Assembly (NCBI GenBank): GCA_005878635.1
Contig: VBLS01000110.1
Coordinates: 506 to 64,505, forward strand
DNA from: Methanobacteriota archaeon
GTDB lineage: Archaea > Thermoplasmatota > Thermoplasmata > RBG-16-68-12
Length of the DNA stretch: 64,000 bases
Direction: 5' to 3'
Part shown: positions 40,724 to 50,278 of the stretch, in pieces
Position numbering within the stretch: position 1 is the first letter of the stretch
How the letters are laid out: each line of letters opens with the position of its first letter
The notes under the pieces: generated by a model
The model's input: the letters and a program-made list of their open reading frames with translations, nothing else
Told to the model about the DNA's origin: nothing
Database searches by the model: none
Made by a program: the position numbers and the translations under genes

Positions 40724-42283
40724 GTGGCGACAGGCGACGCGTTCGTACGGAGATCCTCAGGTCTCGTCCGGAACATCAGCGCGCGGGACGCGCTCATTCT
40801 GAATGTCATGTTCATGGCGCCCACGGCCATCTTCGTGTACGGCATCTGGGGCGCGGGTTCGTACCCCGGCATCAACCTCCCGGTGACGGCCCTCCTCGCG
40901 ATTCCGATTAGCCTCGTGGTGGGACTGTTCTACGCCCTGTATTCCGTCGCGATGCCTCGGAGCGGCGGCGACTACATCTGGGTCAGCCGCACGATGCATC
41001 CGACGGTCGGGTTCGCGATCAACTTCTTCCTCTTCATCGGTTTGCTGAGCGTGGCGGGGGCCTATGTGCCATGGTTCACCCAGCTCGCCTTGGCGCCGCT
41101 CCTGTACTACAACGGCTTCCCGGGGCTCGCCACGACCGTTTCAACGAACGAGTTCACTTTCGTCGCGGCGATTTTCGTCTACCTGGCGATGGCCCTGATC
41201 GTCTCCCGCGGGGGGAAGGCGACCGCCCGGGCGCTCGAAGTCCTGTTCGCCCTGGTGTTCATCGGGCTCATCGTGTACGTGGTCACCCTGCTCGGAGTGG
41301 GCCACGATGGCTTCGTCTCCAACTTCAACCGACTGAGTGGAATGAACTATTCCGATTTCGTGACGGTCGGGGTGGGGGCGGGTTACGTCGGCGAGATCAT
41401 CGGCGGGGCCACGGCCCTCGGGCTCGCCTTCACCTACATCAACTTCTTGGGATTCAATGCCACGATCTACGCGGCGGGCGAGATCAAGGATGTCCAGAAG
41501 TCTCAGATGACCGCGATCCTCGGGTCCGTCGTAGTCTTCGGCATCATCACGTTCGTGGCGTACGCGGTCACCGACTTCGTTATGGGCGGCGCGTTCATCC
41601 AGGGGGCTGGCTCGATTTTTGCGGGGACGGGCAGCTCCAGCCTGCCGTACCCGCCGTACATGACGATCTTGTTCCGGTACGCTACGGATAGTGTGTGGGT
41701 CTTCAACATCGTGATGATCGGATGGACGGCGATGGTGTTGGCGGCCATCCTCACCTATGTCGCCATCACGGTCCGTTTCATCTTCGCTTGGTCCTTCGAT
41801 CGGGTGATCCCCGCAGCCTTCTCTCGGCTCGACCGGAAACACAACAGTCCCTATCTAGCCCTCGCCCTCGTGACGGTCGTCGCCATCATCCTCCAGTGGG
41901 CATGGCTCTACACGATCTTCCTGACCTTCTTCCTCTACCTTGTCTTCGGCTGGATGATCATGCAGATCATCGGCGCGATCTCCGCGTTCCTCCTCCCCTC
42001 GCGGCGGAAGGACGTGTGGGACCGGGCGCCCGCGATCGTCCGGGCGAAGATCGGGCCGATCCCCGTCTTGTACCTCCTCGCCATCGCGACCGTTGGGCTC
42101 TCCGTCTGGATCGCCTGGGGGAGCCTCCCGATTTCCCTCGGCCAGTCCCTGAACCTGAGCATATTGGCCTTCACGGTGGGCCTGTTCGTCCTCGGAGGGA
42201 TCATCCACATCGTCTCGTGGCTTTGGCACAACGCCAGAGGCATCCCGCTCAGCTTAGCGTTCAAGGAAATTCCGCCGGAATGA
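40724..42283 (+). CDS. APC-family amino acid/amine permease
   Basis: F.RRSSGLVR, MPRSGGDY, FAWSFDR, C-terminal FKEIPPE; 12+ TM. Confidence 0.9.
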   Translation: MATGDAFVRRSSGLVRNISARDALILNVMFMAPTAIFVYGIWGAGSYPGINLPVTALLAIPISLVVGLFYALYSVAMPRSGGDYIWVSRTMHPTVGFAINFFLFIGLLSVAGAYVPWFTQLALAPLLYYNGFPGLATTVSTNEFTFVAAIFVYLAMALIVSRGGKATARALEVLFALVFIGLIVYVVTLLGVGHDGFVSNFNRLSGMNYSDFVTVGVGAGYVGEIIGGATALGLAFTYINFLGFNATIYAAGEIKDVQKSQMTAILGSVVVFGIITFVAYAVTDFVMGGAFIQGAGSIFAGTGSSSLPYPPYMTILFRYATDSVWVFNIVMIGWTAMVLAAILTYVAITVRFIFAWSFDRVIPAAFSRLDRKHNSPYLALALVTVVAIILQWAWLYTIFLTFFLYLVFGWMIMQIIGAISAFLLPSRRKDVWDRAPAIVRAKIGPIPVLYLLAIATVGLSVWIAWGSLPISLGQSLNLSILAFTVGLFVLGGIIHIVSWLWHNARGIPLSLAFKEIPPE

Positions 42284-42299
42284 TCGGGAAGGACACTTC

Positions 42300-43259
42300 G
42301 TGCCGAAGCGGCTCCGCATTTTCTTCGCGACGGACATCCACGGCTCCGACGTCTGTTTCCGAAAATTCGTGAATGCGGCGGATTTCTACGGAGCGAAGGT
42401 CCTGATCCTGGGCGGCGACATTACCGGGAAGACGATTACCCCGATCATCCAGACTCCGGAGGGAGGGTGGCGTGTGAAGTTCCTCGGAGAAGTGATCGAG
42501 GTTCGGAACCCGAAGCGTCTTAAGGAGGTCGTCGGCCGGATCGGGGAGGTTGGGTCGTATCCGTTGGTCTTGACCGCCAAGGAGTACGAGGATTTCCAAA
42601 ACGATCCGGCGGGCGTCACAGCGGTCTTCGACCGCCTGATGCACGATTCCGTCGTCCGTTGGGTGCGCCTCGCGGAGGAGCGGCTTCGCGGCAAGGATGT
42701 CGAGATCTTCGTACAGCCTGGGAATGACGATACTTATGCGATTGACGACGCTTTGCGCGGATCCGACGTGGTCGTGAATCCGGATGGGAAAGTCCTTGAG
42801 ATTGCTGGCGGCCATGAGATGCTCAGCCTCGGTCTCGCGAACATGACTCCCTGGCAATGCCCACGCGACGTCCCCGAGGAAGACCTGGAGGCGCGACTCG
42901 CTCGTCTGGGGGACTTGATCAGGCGCCCGGAGCTCGCCATCTACAATGTCCACGCGCCACCCTTCGGGACGGGCCTCGACCTGGCCCCTCGTCTTGACGC
43001 AACCCTCATGCCCAAGTTGGGCCCGGGCGGGCGCCCGGAATTGATCCCCGTTGGAAGCCGCGCCGTCGCCGGCGCGCTCCAGGCGAGGCAGCCTCTCTTA
43101 GGACTCCACGGTCACATCCACGAGTCGAAGGCGTTCGCGAAGGTCGGGACCACGCTCGCGATGAATCCGGGCAGCGAGTATCAGGAGGGCATCCTCCGCG
43201 GATTGCTGCTTGAATTGGACGGGAACCGGGTCCGCGACTATCTGTTCGTCCATGGGTGA
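42300..43259 (+). CDS. Icc-like metallophosphoesterase
   Basis: DIHG, GGDITGK, PGNDD, HAPP, HGHIHE, NPGS. Confidence 0.88.
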   Translation: MPKRLRIFFATDIHGSDVCFRKFVNAADFYGAKVLILGGDITGKTITPIIQTPEGGWRVKFLGEVIEVRNPKRLKEVVGRIGEVGSYPLVLTAKEYEDFQNDPAGVTAVFDRLMHDSVVRWVRLAEERLRGKDVEIFVQPGNDDTYAIDDALRGSDVVVNPDGKVLEIAGGHEMLSLGLANMTPWQCPRDVPEEDLEARLARLGDLIRRPELAIYNVHAPPFGTGLDLAPRLDATLMPKLGPGGRPELIPVGSRAVAGALQARQPLLGLHGHIHESKAFAKVGTTLAMNPGSEYQEGILRGLLLELDGNRVRDYLFVHG

Positions 43260-44123
43260 CTAACGCACGACGGATTCGACGTCGTTCCACCACTGGCGCC
43301 CGGAGAGTCTACGTTCTCCCCTTCGCCACGATCGTGACTTCGGGGCCTTTTCGATCGCCTCCAGGAGAGTAGCAACGTGGCGCGACACCCGTTCGACCTC
43401 CGCGGGTTGGAGGAGTCCCGCCTCTCCGTATCGTCCGGATGCGGATCGGACCGCCTCGAGGTTGGCGGTGCCGTCCTTCCAGAAACCCCAGTCCTCGGCC
43501 AGGGTTTCCGTGATCCGCGCCATTCCGATTCCGCGAGCGGCGTCCCTCGGCGAGGGTTCATTCTCGAGGAGGAGCAACACGACGTCTTTGAGGTCCTTCT
43601 CCGTAATCTGATGGATCTGAATCTTCGATAGCAGGAGGTCCGCAAGCGGCAAGGTCGGCGAATCCTCCTCCAGACAGCCTTGCCCGGGCCGACCGAGATC
43701 GATCGTGTGACTGAACTCCAGGCGGTCGAAGAACACGTCCACATGGTACCCCATCGACGGATGGGCGTACAGCAGGCGGTCCTTGCCGTGGAAAAGCATC
43801 GCCTGCGGATTCGACGTGAGGCCAAACCGATCTTCCAGCAAGGTCCGGACCTTCGCTCTCTCCACACCGTATGCGGCGAAGTCGAGGTCGGAGAAGAGGG
43901 CCCCGGCACCCCCAAGGCGGTTCAAACGCTCCGTCACCTGCCCCCGGTCCCCGCAGCGAAGATGAATCGCGACCGCTCCGAGCAGACGCAGGTGAATGCT
44001 GTGCTGCCGCGCCGCGTCCGTGATTGCCTTGGCCTCTCCCAGAAGCGTCTGGTCCGCGGCGTCCACCTTCGATGGATGGGACGTCTTCGAATGAACGTTG
44101 CGACGACCCATAACATAATTCAA
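43260..44123 (-). CDS. Uncharacterised nucleotidyltransferase-fold protein
   Basis: LLGAVAI...SDLDF...VDVF and K..KD pattern typical of pol-beta-type NTases; start uncertain. Confidence 0.65.
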   Translation of the reverse strand: MNYVMGRRNVHSKTSHPSKVDAADQTLLGEAKAITDAARQHSIHLRLLGAVAIHLRCGDRGQVTERLNRLGGAGALFSDLDFAAYGVERAKVRTLLEDRFGLTSNPQAMLFHGKDRLLYAHPSMGYHVDVFFDRLEFSHTIDLGRPGQGCLEEDSPTLPLADLLLSKIQIHQITEKDLKDVVLLLLENEPSPRDAARGIGMARITETLAEDWGFWKDGTANLEAVRSASGRYGEAGLLQPAEVERVSRHVATLLEAIEKAPKSRSWRRGERRLSGRQWWNDVESVVR

Positions 44124-44152
44124 CCCGATTCCATGGGACTGTGGGGCGGTCG

Positions 44153-45049
44153 ATGAGGCAGATATCGTTCGAGGATGGCATCACGTACGTCTTCGGCCCG
44201 CACCTGGAGCCGGTCGCGACGGTCCGGTCCGGAGAGACGGTCGAGTTCGTCTGCCAAGATTCGTGCGGAGCGCAAATCCGATCGGAGGAGGACACGCTCG
44301 ACCACCTGCAGATGGACCGCGTGAACGGGGCCACCGGGCCCGTGGCAATCGAGGGCACACACCCCGGGGATGCCATTCGGGTCCGGATTCGAGACATCCG
44401 CGTCGCAGCAACCGGATTTCAGTCGATCGTGTCATCCTATGGAGTCCTCGGACAGGAGGTGCGGGGGTCGCGCACCAAGATGATCCCGATTCGGGATGGA
44501 AAGGCCGTTTTTTCCAAAGGCATTCGGCTTCCGATCCGGCCGCACGTCGGCACGATCGGAGTCGCACCCGCATCCCAGGAGTGGACGACGTTCTACCCGG
44601 GCGACCACGGCGGCAACCTGGACACGAAGGAGATCACGAAAGGGAATTCGGTCTACCTGCCGGTGTTTCAACCGGGCGGACAGCTGGCGATGGGCGACCT
44701 CCATGCGCTCATGGCCGACGGGGAGGTTTGCGTCACCGGCATTGAGATCGCGGGGACCGTCCGTGTACAGGCCGATGTCCTGCGGGGATACGGACTGCAT
44801 CGGCCGATTGTCGAAACGCCGGAAGCTTGGTTGACAGTGGCAAGCGCTCCGACCTTGGATGAGGCGGCGAAGCTCGCCACGCACGATGGGGTCGCCTTCC
44901 TCGCCCGCGGTACGGAGCTTCCCTGGGACGAGGCGTACATGCTCGCGAGCATCGCGTGCGACCTCCGGATCAGCCAAGACGTCGACCCGTGGAGGACGGC
45001 GAAACTCGTCATTCCAAAGAAGCTCGTCCCGCGCCTTCCAACGTCCTAA
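44153..45049 (+). CDS. Acetamidase/formamidase family protein
   Basis: NGATGPV, GGNLD, GDLHALMADGE. Confidence 0.9.
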   Translation: MRQISFEDGITYVFGPHLEPVATVRSGETVEFVCQDSCGAQIRSEEDTLDHLQMDRVNGATGPVAIEGTHPGDAIRVRIRDIRVAATGFQSIVSSYGVLGQEVRGSRTKMIPIRDGKAVFSKGIRLPIRPHVGTIGVAPASQEWTTFYPGDHGGNLDTKEITKGNSVYLPVFQPGGQLAMGDLHALMADGEVCVTGIEIAGTVRVQADVLRGYGLHRPIVETPEAWLTVASAPTLDEAAKLATHDGVAFLARGTELPWDEAYMLASIACDLRISQDVDPWRTAKLVIPKKLVPRLPTS

Positions 45050-45177
45050 GTGGCGCGGAGTAGATCGGCCTCGAAGGGAACGTCCGCGACGAGGCGAGAT
45101 AAACGCAACGCGAACGCGTGGCGACTGGTCGCCTCCAGAAACCTTATTAGGTCCACGCTCTTTCGTCGCCTCCCCTT

Positions 45178-45209
45178 TGCAGGAGGCTGCATTGGCCGCT
45201 CGTACTGCA
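45178..45209 (+). promoter_or_regulatory. Putative ribosomal protein L1-binding leader (autoregulation)
   Basis: TGCAG-GA-GGC-loop-GCC-GCTCGTA-CTGCA: two stems around an asymmetric GA / G..UA loop, just upstream of rpl1. Confidence 0.65.
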
Positions 45210-45223
45210 GGTGGCGATGTTCC

Positions 45224-45862
45224 GTGGCGGACAAGCATTCGGTCGAGACCGTCAAGAAGCTGCTCGAGGCGGCGAAGCCTCGCCAGTTCAAGGAGTCCGT
45301 GGAACTCGCCGTGAACCTTCGAGACGTCGATCTTTCGGTCCCCAAGAATCGGGTGGACGAGGAAGTCGTCCTGCCGAAGGGACGCGGGAAGCCGATTCGC
45401 ATCTGCGTCTTCGCCTCGGGTGAGTTAGCCCTGAAGGCGAGGAACGTCGCGGACCTCGTGATCCAGCCGCAGGAGATTGAGGAGTACGCGACCAACAAGC
45501 GGAAGGCACGCGGCCTCGCGCAGGCCTGCGACTTCTTCATCGCCGAAGCGCCTCTCATGCCCGTGATCGGGAAGCGCCTCGGCGTCGTCCTGGGGCCGCG
45601 CGGCAAGATGCCCCGGCCGGTCCCGCCTACCGCGGATCCGACGAACCTCATCACCGCGATGCGGAACACGGTCCGCGTGCGGAGCCGCGACAAGCCGACC
45701 CTCCACGCGGCGTTCGGCACGCGGGACATGCCTCTGGAAGACCTCGCCGAAAACCTCGACGCCGTCATGCGACGGCTCGTCGGGAAGCTGGAGCGCGGGC
45801 GGTTCAACATCCGGTCGGCCTACCTGAAGACCACGATGGGCCCGGCGGTGAAGTACCTCTGA
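45224..45862 (+). CDS. rpl1: 50S ribosomal protein L1
   Basis: F.ESVELAVNL, LGPRGKMP, KTTMGP; GTG start. Confidence 0.96.
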   Translation: MADKHSVETVKKLLEAAKPRQFKESVELAVNLRDVDLSVPKNRVDEEVVLPKGRGKPIRICVFASGELALKARNVADLVIQPQEIEEYATNKRKARGLAQACDFFIAEAPLMPVIGKRLGVVLGPRGKMPRPVPPTADPTNLITAMRNTVRVRSRDKPTLHAAFGTRDMPLEDLAENLDAVMRRLVGKLERGRFNIRSAYLKTTMGPAVKYL

Positions 45863-45872
45863 GGTGACGTCG

Positions 45873-46757
45873 ATGGCCCATGTCGCTCCTTACAAGAAGC
45901 AACTCGTCGACGACCTGGCATCCCGCTGCGCCCAAGCGCAGGTCGTTGGGATCGTGAACGTCCATGGGATCCCCGCCCCCCAGTTCCAAGCCATCCGCAA
46001 GAAGCTCTGGGGACGGGCGACGATCACCGTGGCCAAGAACAACCTGCTCCGTCTCGCGCTGGAACAGGCCAATACGAAGAAGCCGGACCTTGTGAAGCTC
46101 GGCGAGACGATCGAAGGCCAGACGGCCGTCGTCACCGCGGACATCAATCCGTTCCGCCTGTTCAAAGAACTCGAGGCGACGAAGACGCGGGCTCCCGCGA
46201 GGGGAGGCGAGGTCGCGCCGGAGGACTTGTGGGTGCGCGCCGGCGAGACGCCGTTCAAGCCCGGTCCGATCGTCGGGGAGCTGCAGAAGGCCGGCATCCC
46301 GGCGGCGATCGAACGGGGCAAGGTGACCATCCGGCAGGACAAGCTCCTGGTGAAGGCGGGGCAGCGAATCCCGCGGGACGTCGCCCAACAGCTCGCCCGG
46401 CTCGAGATTTATCCCCTCGTGGTCGGACTCGATCTTCGAGGCGCCTACGAGGCGGGCACGGTCTTCCGCCGCGATGCCCTCGCGATCGACGACCTGGTGG
46501 TCCGGAGCCAGATCGCCCAAGCGGGCCGTGAGGCCCTCTCCCTCGCACTGGCGGCGGCCTATCCGACGAAGCAGACGATCGGCCCGCTCCTGGCGAAAGC
46601 CCACGCACAGGCGCTGAACCTCGCGGTCGAATCGGAATTCCCCACGAAGGAGACGATCAAGCTCCTCCTGGCAAAGGCCCAGTCTGAGGCGCTCGCCCTG
46701 GCGTCCCGCATCCCCGGCGCGGCCGACGAGAAGCATCCCACGCAATCCGGATCATGA
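45873..46757 (+). CDS. rpl10: Ribosomal protein L10/P0
   Basis: KNNLL, NPF.L, G.TPFKPGP; synteny. Confidence 0.95.
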   Translation: MAHVAPYKKQLVDDLASRCAQAQVVGIVNVHGIPAPQFQAIRKKLWGRATITVAKNNLLRLALEQANTKKPDLVKLGETIEGQTAVVTADINPFRLFKELEATKTRAPARGGEVAPEDLWVRAGETPFKPGPIVGELQKAGIPAAIERGKVTIRQDKLLVKAGQRIPRDVAQQLARLEIYPLVVGLDLRGAYEAGTVFRRDALAIDDLVVRSQIAQAGREALSLALAAAYPTKQTIGPLLAKAHAQALNLAVESEFPTKETIKLLLAKAQSEALALASRIPGAADEKHPTQSGS

Positions 46758-46779
46758 TGATACAAGGAGGTGAACACGA

Positions 46780-47088
46780 ATGGAATACATCTATGGGGCG
46801 TTGGTCCTGCATGCGGCCGGCAAGCCCGTGAGTGAGGACAACCTGAAGAAGGTCCTTACGGCGGCCGGCGTGAAGGTCGACGAGACCCGCGTGAAGGCCC
46901 TGACCGCCGCGCTGGAAGGCGTGAACATCGACGAGGCCCTGAAGGCCGCCGTCGCGATGCCCGCCGCCGCGCCCGCGGCACCGCCCCCCGCCGAGAAGAA
47001 GGAAGAGAAGAAGAAAGAGGAGAAGAAGGAAGAAGAGAAGGTCTCCGAGGAAGAGGCGGCTGCAGGGCTCGGCGCGCTCTTCGGTTGA
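46780..47088 (+). CDS. rpl12: Ribosomal stalk protein L12/P1
   Basis: [10 protein letters not shown]...[10 protein letters not shown]. Confidence 0.97.
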   Translation: MEYIYGALVLHAAGKPVSEDNLKKVLTAAGVKVDETRVKALTAALEGVNIDEALKAAVAMPAAAPAAPPPAEKKEEKKKEEKKEEEKVSEEEAAAGLGALFG

Positions 47089-47143
47089 ACCGAATCGCTC
47101 CGGCCTCTTCCCGGCGACGTCGAGCGTCAGCGAGAGCGAGTCG

Positions 47144-47464
47144 TCATGCCTCGCCCTTCTTCGCAGCAGCTTGCGCCCTCTTCCCTCGCTCCTTCGCCGT
47201 GAAGCCGGTCGCCTTCTCGAGGAAGGTGTTGAAAGCCTTGATCGTATCCGTCGCGACGTGGTCGGGGGCGCCGGATTTCATGGTTGTGTCCACGAACAAC
47301 TTCTTTCCGTCGGTCCAGGCGACCATCCGCTCAATCGCGCCGAACGTGACGATGATCCGGTTCCCCTCCGTCCCGGCGCCCGCGAAGATCTCCGCGGCGA
47401 TCACCCGGAGCCCGTCCCCTTCCAGGGCCTTGGCGGCTCCCCGTTTCAGCTCGTATTCGCGCAT
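47144..47464 (-). CDS. Conserved archaeal protein (DUF5611-like)
   Basis: MREYELKRG...FN.FLE.ATGFTAKER; family name is from recall. Confidence 0.7.
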   Translation of the reverse strand: MREYELKRGAAKALEGDGLRVIAAEIFAGAGTEGNRIIVTFGAIERMVAWTDGKKLFVDTTMKSGAPDHVATDTIKAFNTFLEKATGFTAKERGKRAQAAAKKGEA

Positions 47465-47502
47465 CGCATCCGTTTTCGGGAACTTCGCGGGTCCTAAGAA
47501 CG

Positions 47503-48519
47503 TTACGTCTCTAGGACCGCCAGGGGGTCCGCCGGGGTCAGCATGAACTCCTGCATCTCGGAGTACGCGCGCCAAACGTCCTTGCATTCGCAGGACAGAT
47601 CGTCGAAGTCCCTTCGAAGGCCCAAGGAGAATTCCTCGATCGCATTCACGACCCTGCGGTCGCACGATCCACAATTGTGGGCGCCGCGCACCATCCCGCC
47701 CGCGGTCGGATGGGATTTCACGTGGGCCTTCACGTCCCGGGTTCGCTCGAGGACCTCGACGACGGACCACAGCCAGGGCGGTCGGTATTCGCCGCGACGG
47801 AAGAGACGATCGACGATCGTGCGACTCTGGACGTTCACCGGGTTGAAGGAGATCGTATCGCTGTGCGGGTCCGCCTCATGTCCCGATCGCACCGCGTCCT
47901 CGATGGCTTCGCGTTCCGTGAGGAACGGGGGCTTGACCAGGAGGTACGTCTTGACCGTCGCGCCGGCCGCATGCGCCAGGTCCGTCGCGTGCGCGTGTTC
48001 TTTGAGTCCCCAAACCTTGTTGACGGATTGACGGAGGACACGGTCGTTGGTCGACTCCAGGCCCAGCGCGATCTCGAGCTCCCTCACGTGATTCATCGCC
48101 GCCTCGACCTGCTCCTTCCGCAGCAGGTGTGACAGGGTCTCCACGATGACCTTGTCGCAACGGTCGCCCAATTCATGGAGGATTCTCTCCCGAACCTCCG
48201 GCGAGACTTCGTGGTCGTCGAAGAAATTCCCGGACGTGTAGACCTTGACGAGGGGCTGGGATTCGTGTTTCCGGAGGACCGTGTCGACTTGATGCAGGAT
48301 GTCTGCCGGCGCGACTTCTTGCGCCACGTCGTTCACGTAACCGCACATTGAGCAGCCGCTCGCCCGAGCCCAGTAGCAGCCGCGCGTCCGGAAGATGATC
48401 ACCCAGGCGTCCACGATGTGGCCGTGGAGCAGATCCTTCTCGGTCCAGGTGGAAATGTATTCCCGCGGATCGAAGTCCCGCGGTCGCCGTTCGTCCTTCG
48501 CTAGTTGCGCGAGGCGCAT
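47503..48519 (-). CDS. Archaeosine biosynthesis radical SAM protein RaSEA
   Basis: RTRGC.W....GCSMCGY, YTSGNF, YRPPWLWS, RGAHNC. Confidence 0.9.
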   Translation of the reverse strand: MRLAQLAKDERRPRDFDPREYISTWTEKDLLHGHIVDAWVIIFRTRGCYWARASGCSMCGYVNDVAQEVAPADILHQVDTVLRKHESQPLVKVYTSGNFFDDHEVSPEVRERILHELGDRCDKVIVETLSHLLRKEQVEAAMNHVRELEIALGLESTNDRVLRQSVNKVWGLKEHAHATDLAHAAGATVKTYLLVKPPFLTEREAIEDAVRSGHEADPHSDTISFNPVNVQSRTIVDRLFRRGEYRPPWLWSVVEVLERTRDVKAHVKSHPTAGGMVRGAHNCGSCDRRVVNAIEEFSLGLRRDFDDLSCECKDVWRAYSEMQEFMLTPADPLAVLET

Positions 48520-48562
48520 GGAGTCGCGTCGAACGGCGCGGGGCGGAAAAACTTTTGCGGCC

Positions 48563-50044
48563 TCAGCGACGATCCCGGACGGCGGCCAGGCCTAGGATGA
48601 CCCCGACGGCGAGGAAAACGCCCGCGAAGAACCGGAGGCCGAAGGCCACGTCGGGTCCGAGGAGCGATCCGCCGGCGGACGAAAGGGAGGATGGAAGGTC
48701 GACGAGGACCTCGTAGAGGACGAAGAGGATCATGCCGAAACCGACGAGACTGATCCCAGTCTCGGGATTTCGGTGCCGGTGCGCAGAAGGCGTGGCGATG
48801 GTCGCGACCGACCGCGGGACCGCGACGCCGGAACCACCGGCGAGCGTCGAACGTTCGGGCCTCGGGAGATCCGCGGGGGCGTACCGCCGACAGTCGTCGC
48901 ACCACCATCGCTCATATTGCGAGATCCATCGGAGGGCGGCCCCGCAGGTCGGGCACACGAACTTCGATCGGGCCTTCGGAGCGTAGGCGCGACAGGAGTA
49001 GCAATACCACCGGTTGTACTGGGGAATGTACGTCAACTCACGACCGCACCGCGGACACGGATGCTCGACGCGAGCCACGGGGATCGTCGGGCCCTCCGCG
49101 ATTGAGGCCGGTTGTGGTCCCGCAGCGGCGGTCGGGGGAATGTACGGTTCGACGACAATCGGCCTTGACGGCTGCGGCTCCTCGACCGGGGGTGCAGTCG
49201 ACCAGATGACCGGAGGCATCTCGCGACGGGGGATGTCCGGGACCATCCTCGGCGCGGCGGTGATGAGTTTGGGCGGAGTTTTCACGGGTTCGGCGATCGG
49301 CTCACTCGGGGTCGGTGTCGCGGTTGTGACCGGCGCGCTTGGAGCCACTGGCGCCTCTTCGACGGCGGGGGCTTCGGCTTGGGCGGGAGCCGGTTGCGGT
49401 TCCTCCTTCACTTCGTGCTCATCGAGGTAGGTCAGGAGCCTCTCGCGGAGCTGTTCCTTCGTGCCCGTCGGATCGAGACCGTAGGCCTTGCAGAGGTCGA
49501 GCAAGACCAGTTTTTTCGCCTCGAGAATTTCCGTGCGGATCAGCGGGGGCGTTTCGACTTCTGCGGCACCCTCCTCGGAAGAGGTCTCCTCGGCGACAGG
49601 TTCCTGGGTTGGCTCGGCGCCCGCGGGCTCGGGCACCGCAGCTGGCGGGACCTGAGGCGTCGGTTCCGGCGAGACGTCCGTGTGCTCCGGTTGGGGTTCT
49701 TCGGGTTTCGACTCTTCGGAGCTTGGCGCCTCGCTCTTCACGGGCTCGACGAGGATCAGAGCGGCCTCCGTTGCCGCGGCTGGCTCGGAGGACGCGGGAG
49801 GAGCCGTGTCGACTTTGACGTCCATGAAGACGCCTTCCGGCGGATAGGCGTTGCACCGGAAGCAATAATATCGATCGAATTGCGTGACGAACGACAGGAT
49901 GCCCGTGCACATGGGGCAACGCTTCCCCCCTCGGTCTCCGAATCCCTCGGGAGCGTATCGGCCGCATGCGTAACAATAATTCCGATTGTACTGCTCGAGA
50001 AAAGCGAGCTCGCTACCGCAGTTTGGACAGGGGAGACCGGTCAC
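48563..50044 (-). CDS. Membrane-anchored protein with four zinc ribbons and a SAP-like domain
   Basis: Four CPxC-x14-CxxC repeats, LCKAYGLDPTGTKEQLRERL, Pro/Glu linkers, two C-terminal TMs. Confidence 0.8.
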   Translation of the reverse strand: MTGLPCPNCGSELAFLEQYNRNYCYACGRYAPEGFGDRGGKRCPMCTGILSFVTQFDRYYCFRCNAYPPEGVFMDVKVDTAPPASSEPAAATEAALILVEPVKSEAPSSEESKPEEPQPEHTDVSPEPTPQVPPAAVPEPAGAEPTQEPVAEETSSEEGAAEVETPPLIRTEILEAKKLVLLDLCKAYGLDPTGTKEQLRERLLTYLDEHEVKEEPQPAPAQAEAPAVEEAPVAPSAPVTTATPTPSEPIAEPVKTPPKLITAAPRMVPDIPRREMPPVIWSTAPPVEEPQPSRPIVVEPYIPPTAAAGPQPASIAEGPTIPVARVEHPCPRCGRELTYIPQYNRWYCYSCRAYAPKARSKFVCPTCGAALRWISQYERWWCDDCRRYAPADLPRPERSTLAGGSGVAVPRSVATIATPSAHRHRNPETGISLVGFGMILFVLYEVLVDLPSSLSSAGGSLLGPDVAFGLRFFAGVFLAVGVILGLAAVRDRR

Positions 50045-50174
50045 GCAATCCCGCGGAGCCCGGCTGTCTCGAATAAAGCCTTTTCCTCGATTCCCAAGAA
50101 TGAGATTCTTTCGTCGGAATCCGATTCCAAGACCGCGAAAACGCTTTTAGCGGCACTCCCCATCGGCACATCGC

Positions 50175-50247
50175 GCCACCATAGCTCAGTCGGTAGAGCA
50201 GCCGCCTTGTAAGCGGCAGGTCGGGAGTTCAATTCTCCCTGGTGGCT
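50175..50247 (+). tRNA. tRNA-Thr(TGT)
   Basis: GCCACCA/TGGTGGC acceptor, GCCGC-CTTGTAA-GCGGC anticodon arm, GGGAG-TTCAATT-CTCCC T arm. Confidence 0.97.
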
Positions 50248-50278
50248 TTCTCATTCGACGAATGCGACGGGGATCCGA

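Noticed and set aside
46960..47050. Low-complexity GAA/AAG repeats
   Set aside because: Normal Ala/Glu/Lys hinge of ribosomal L12
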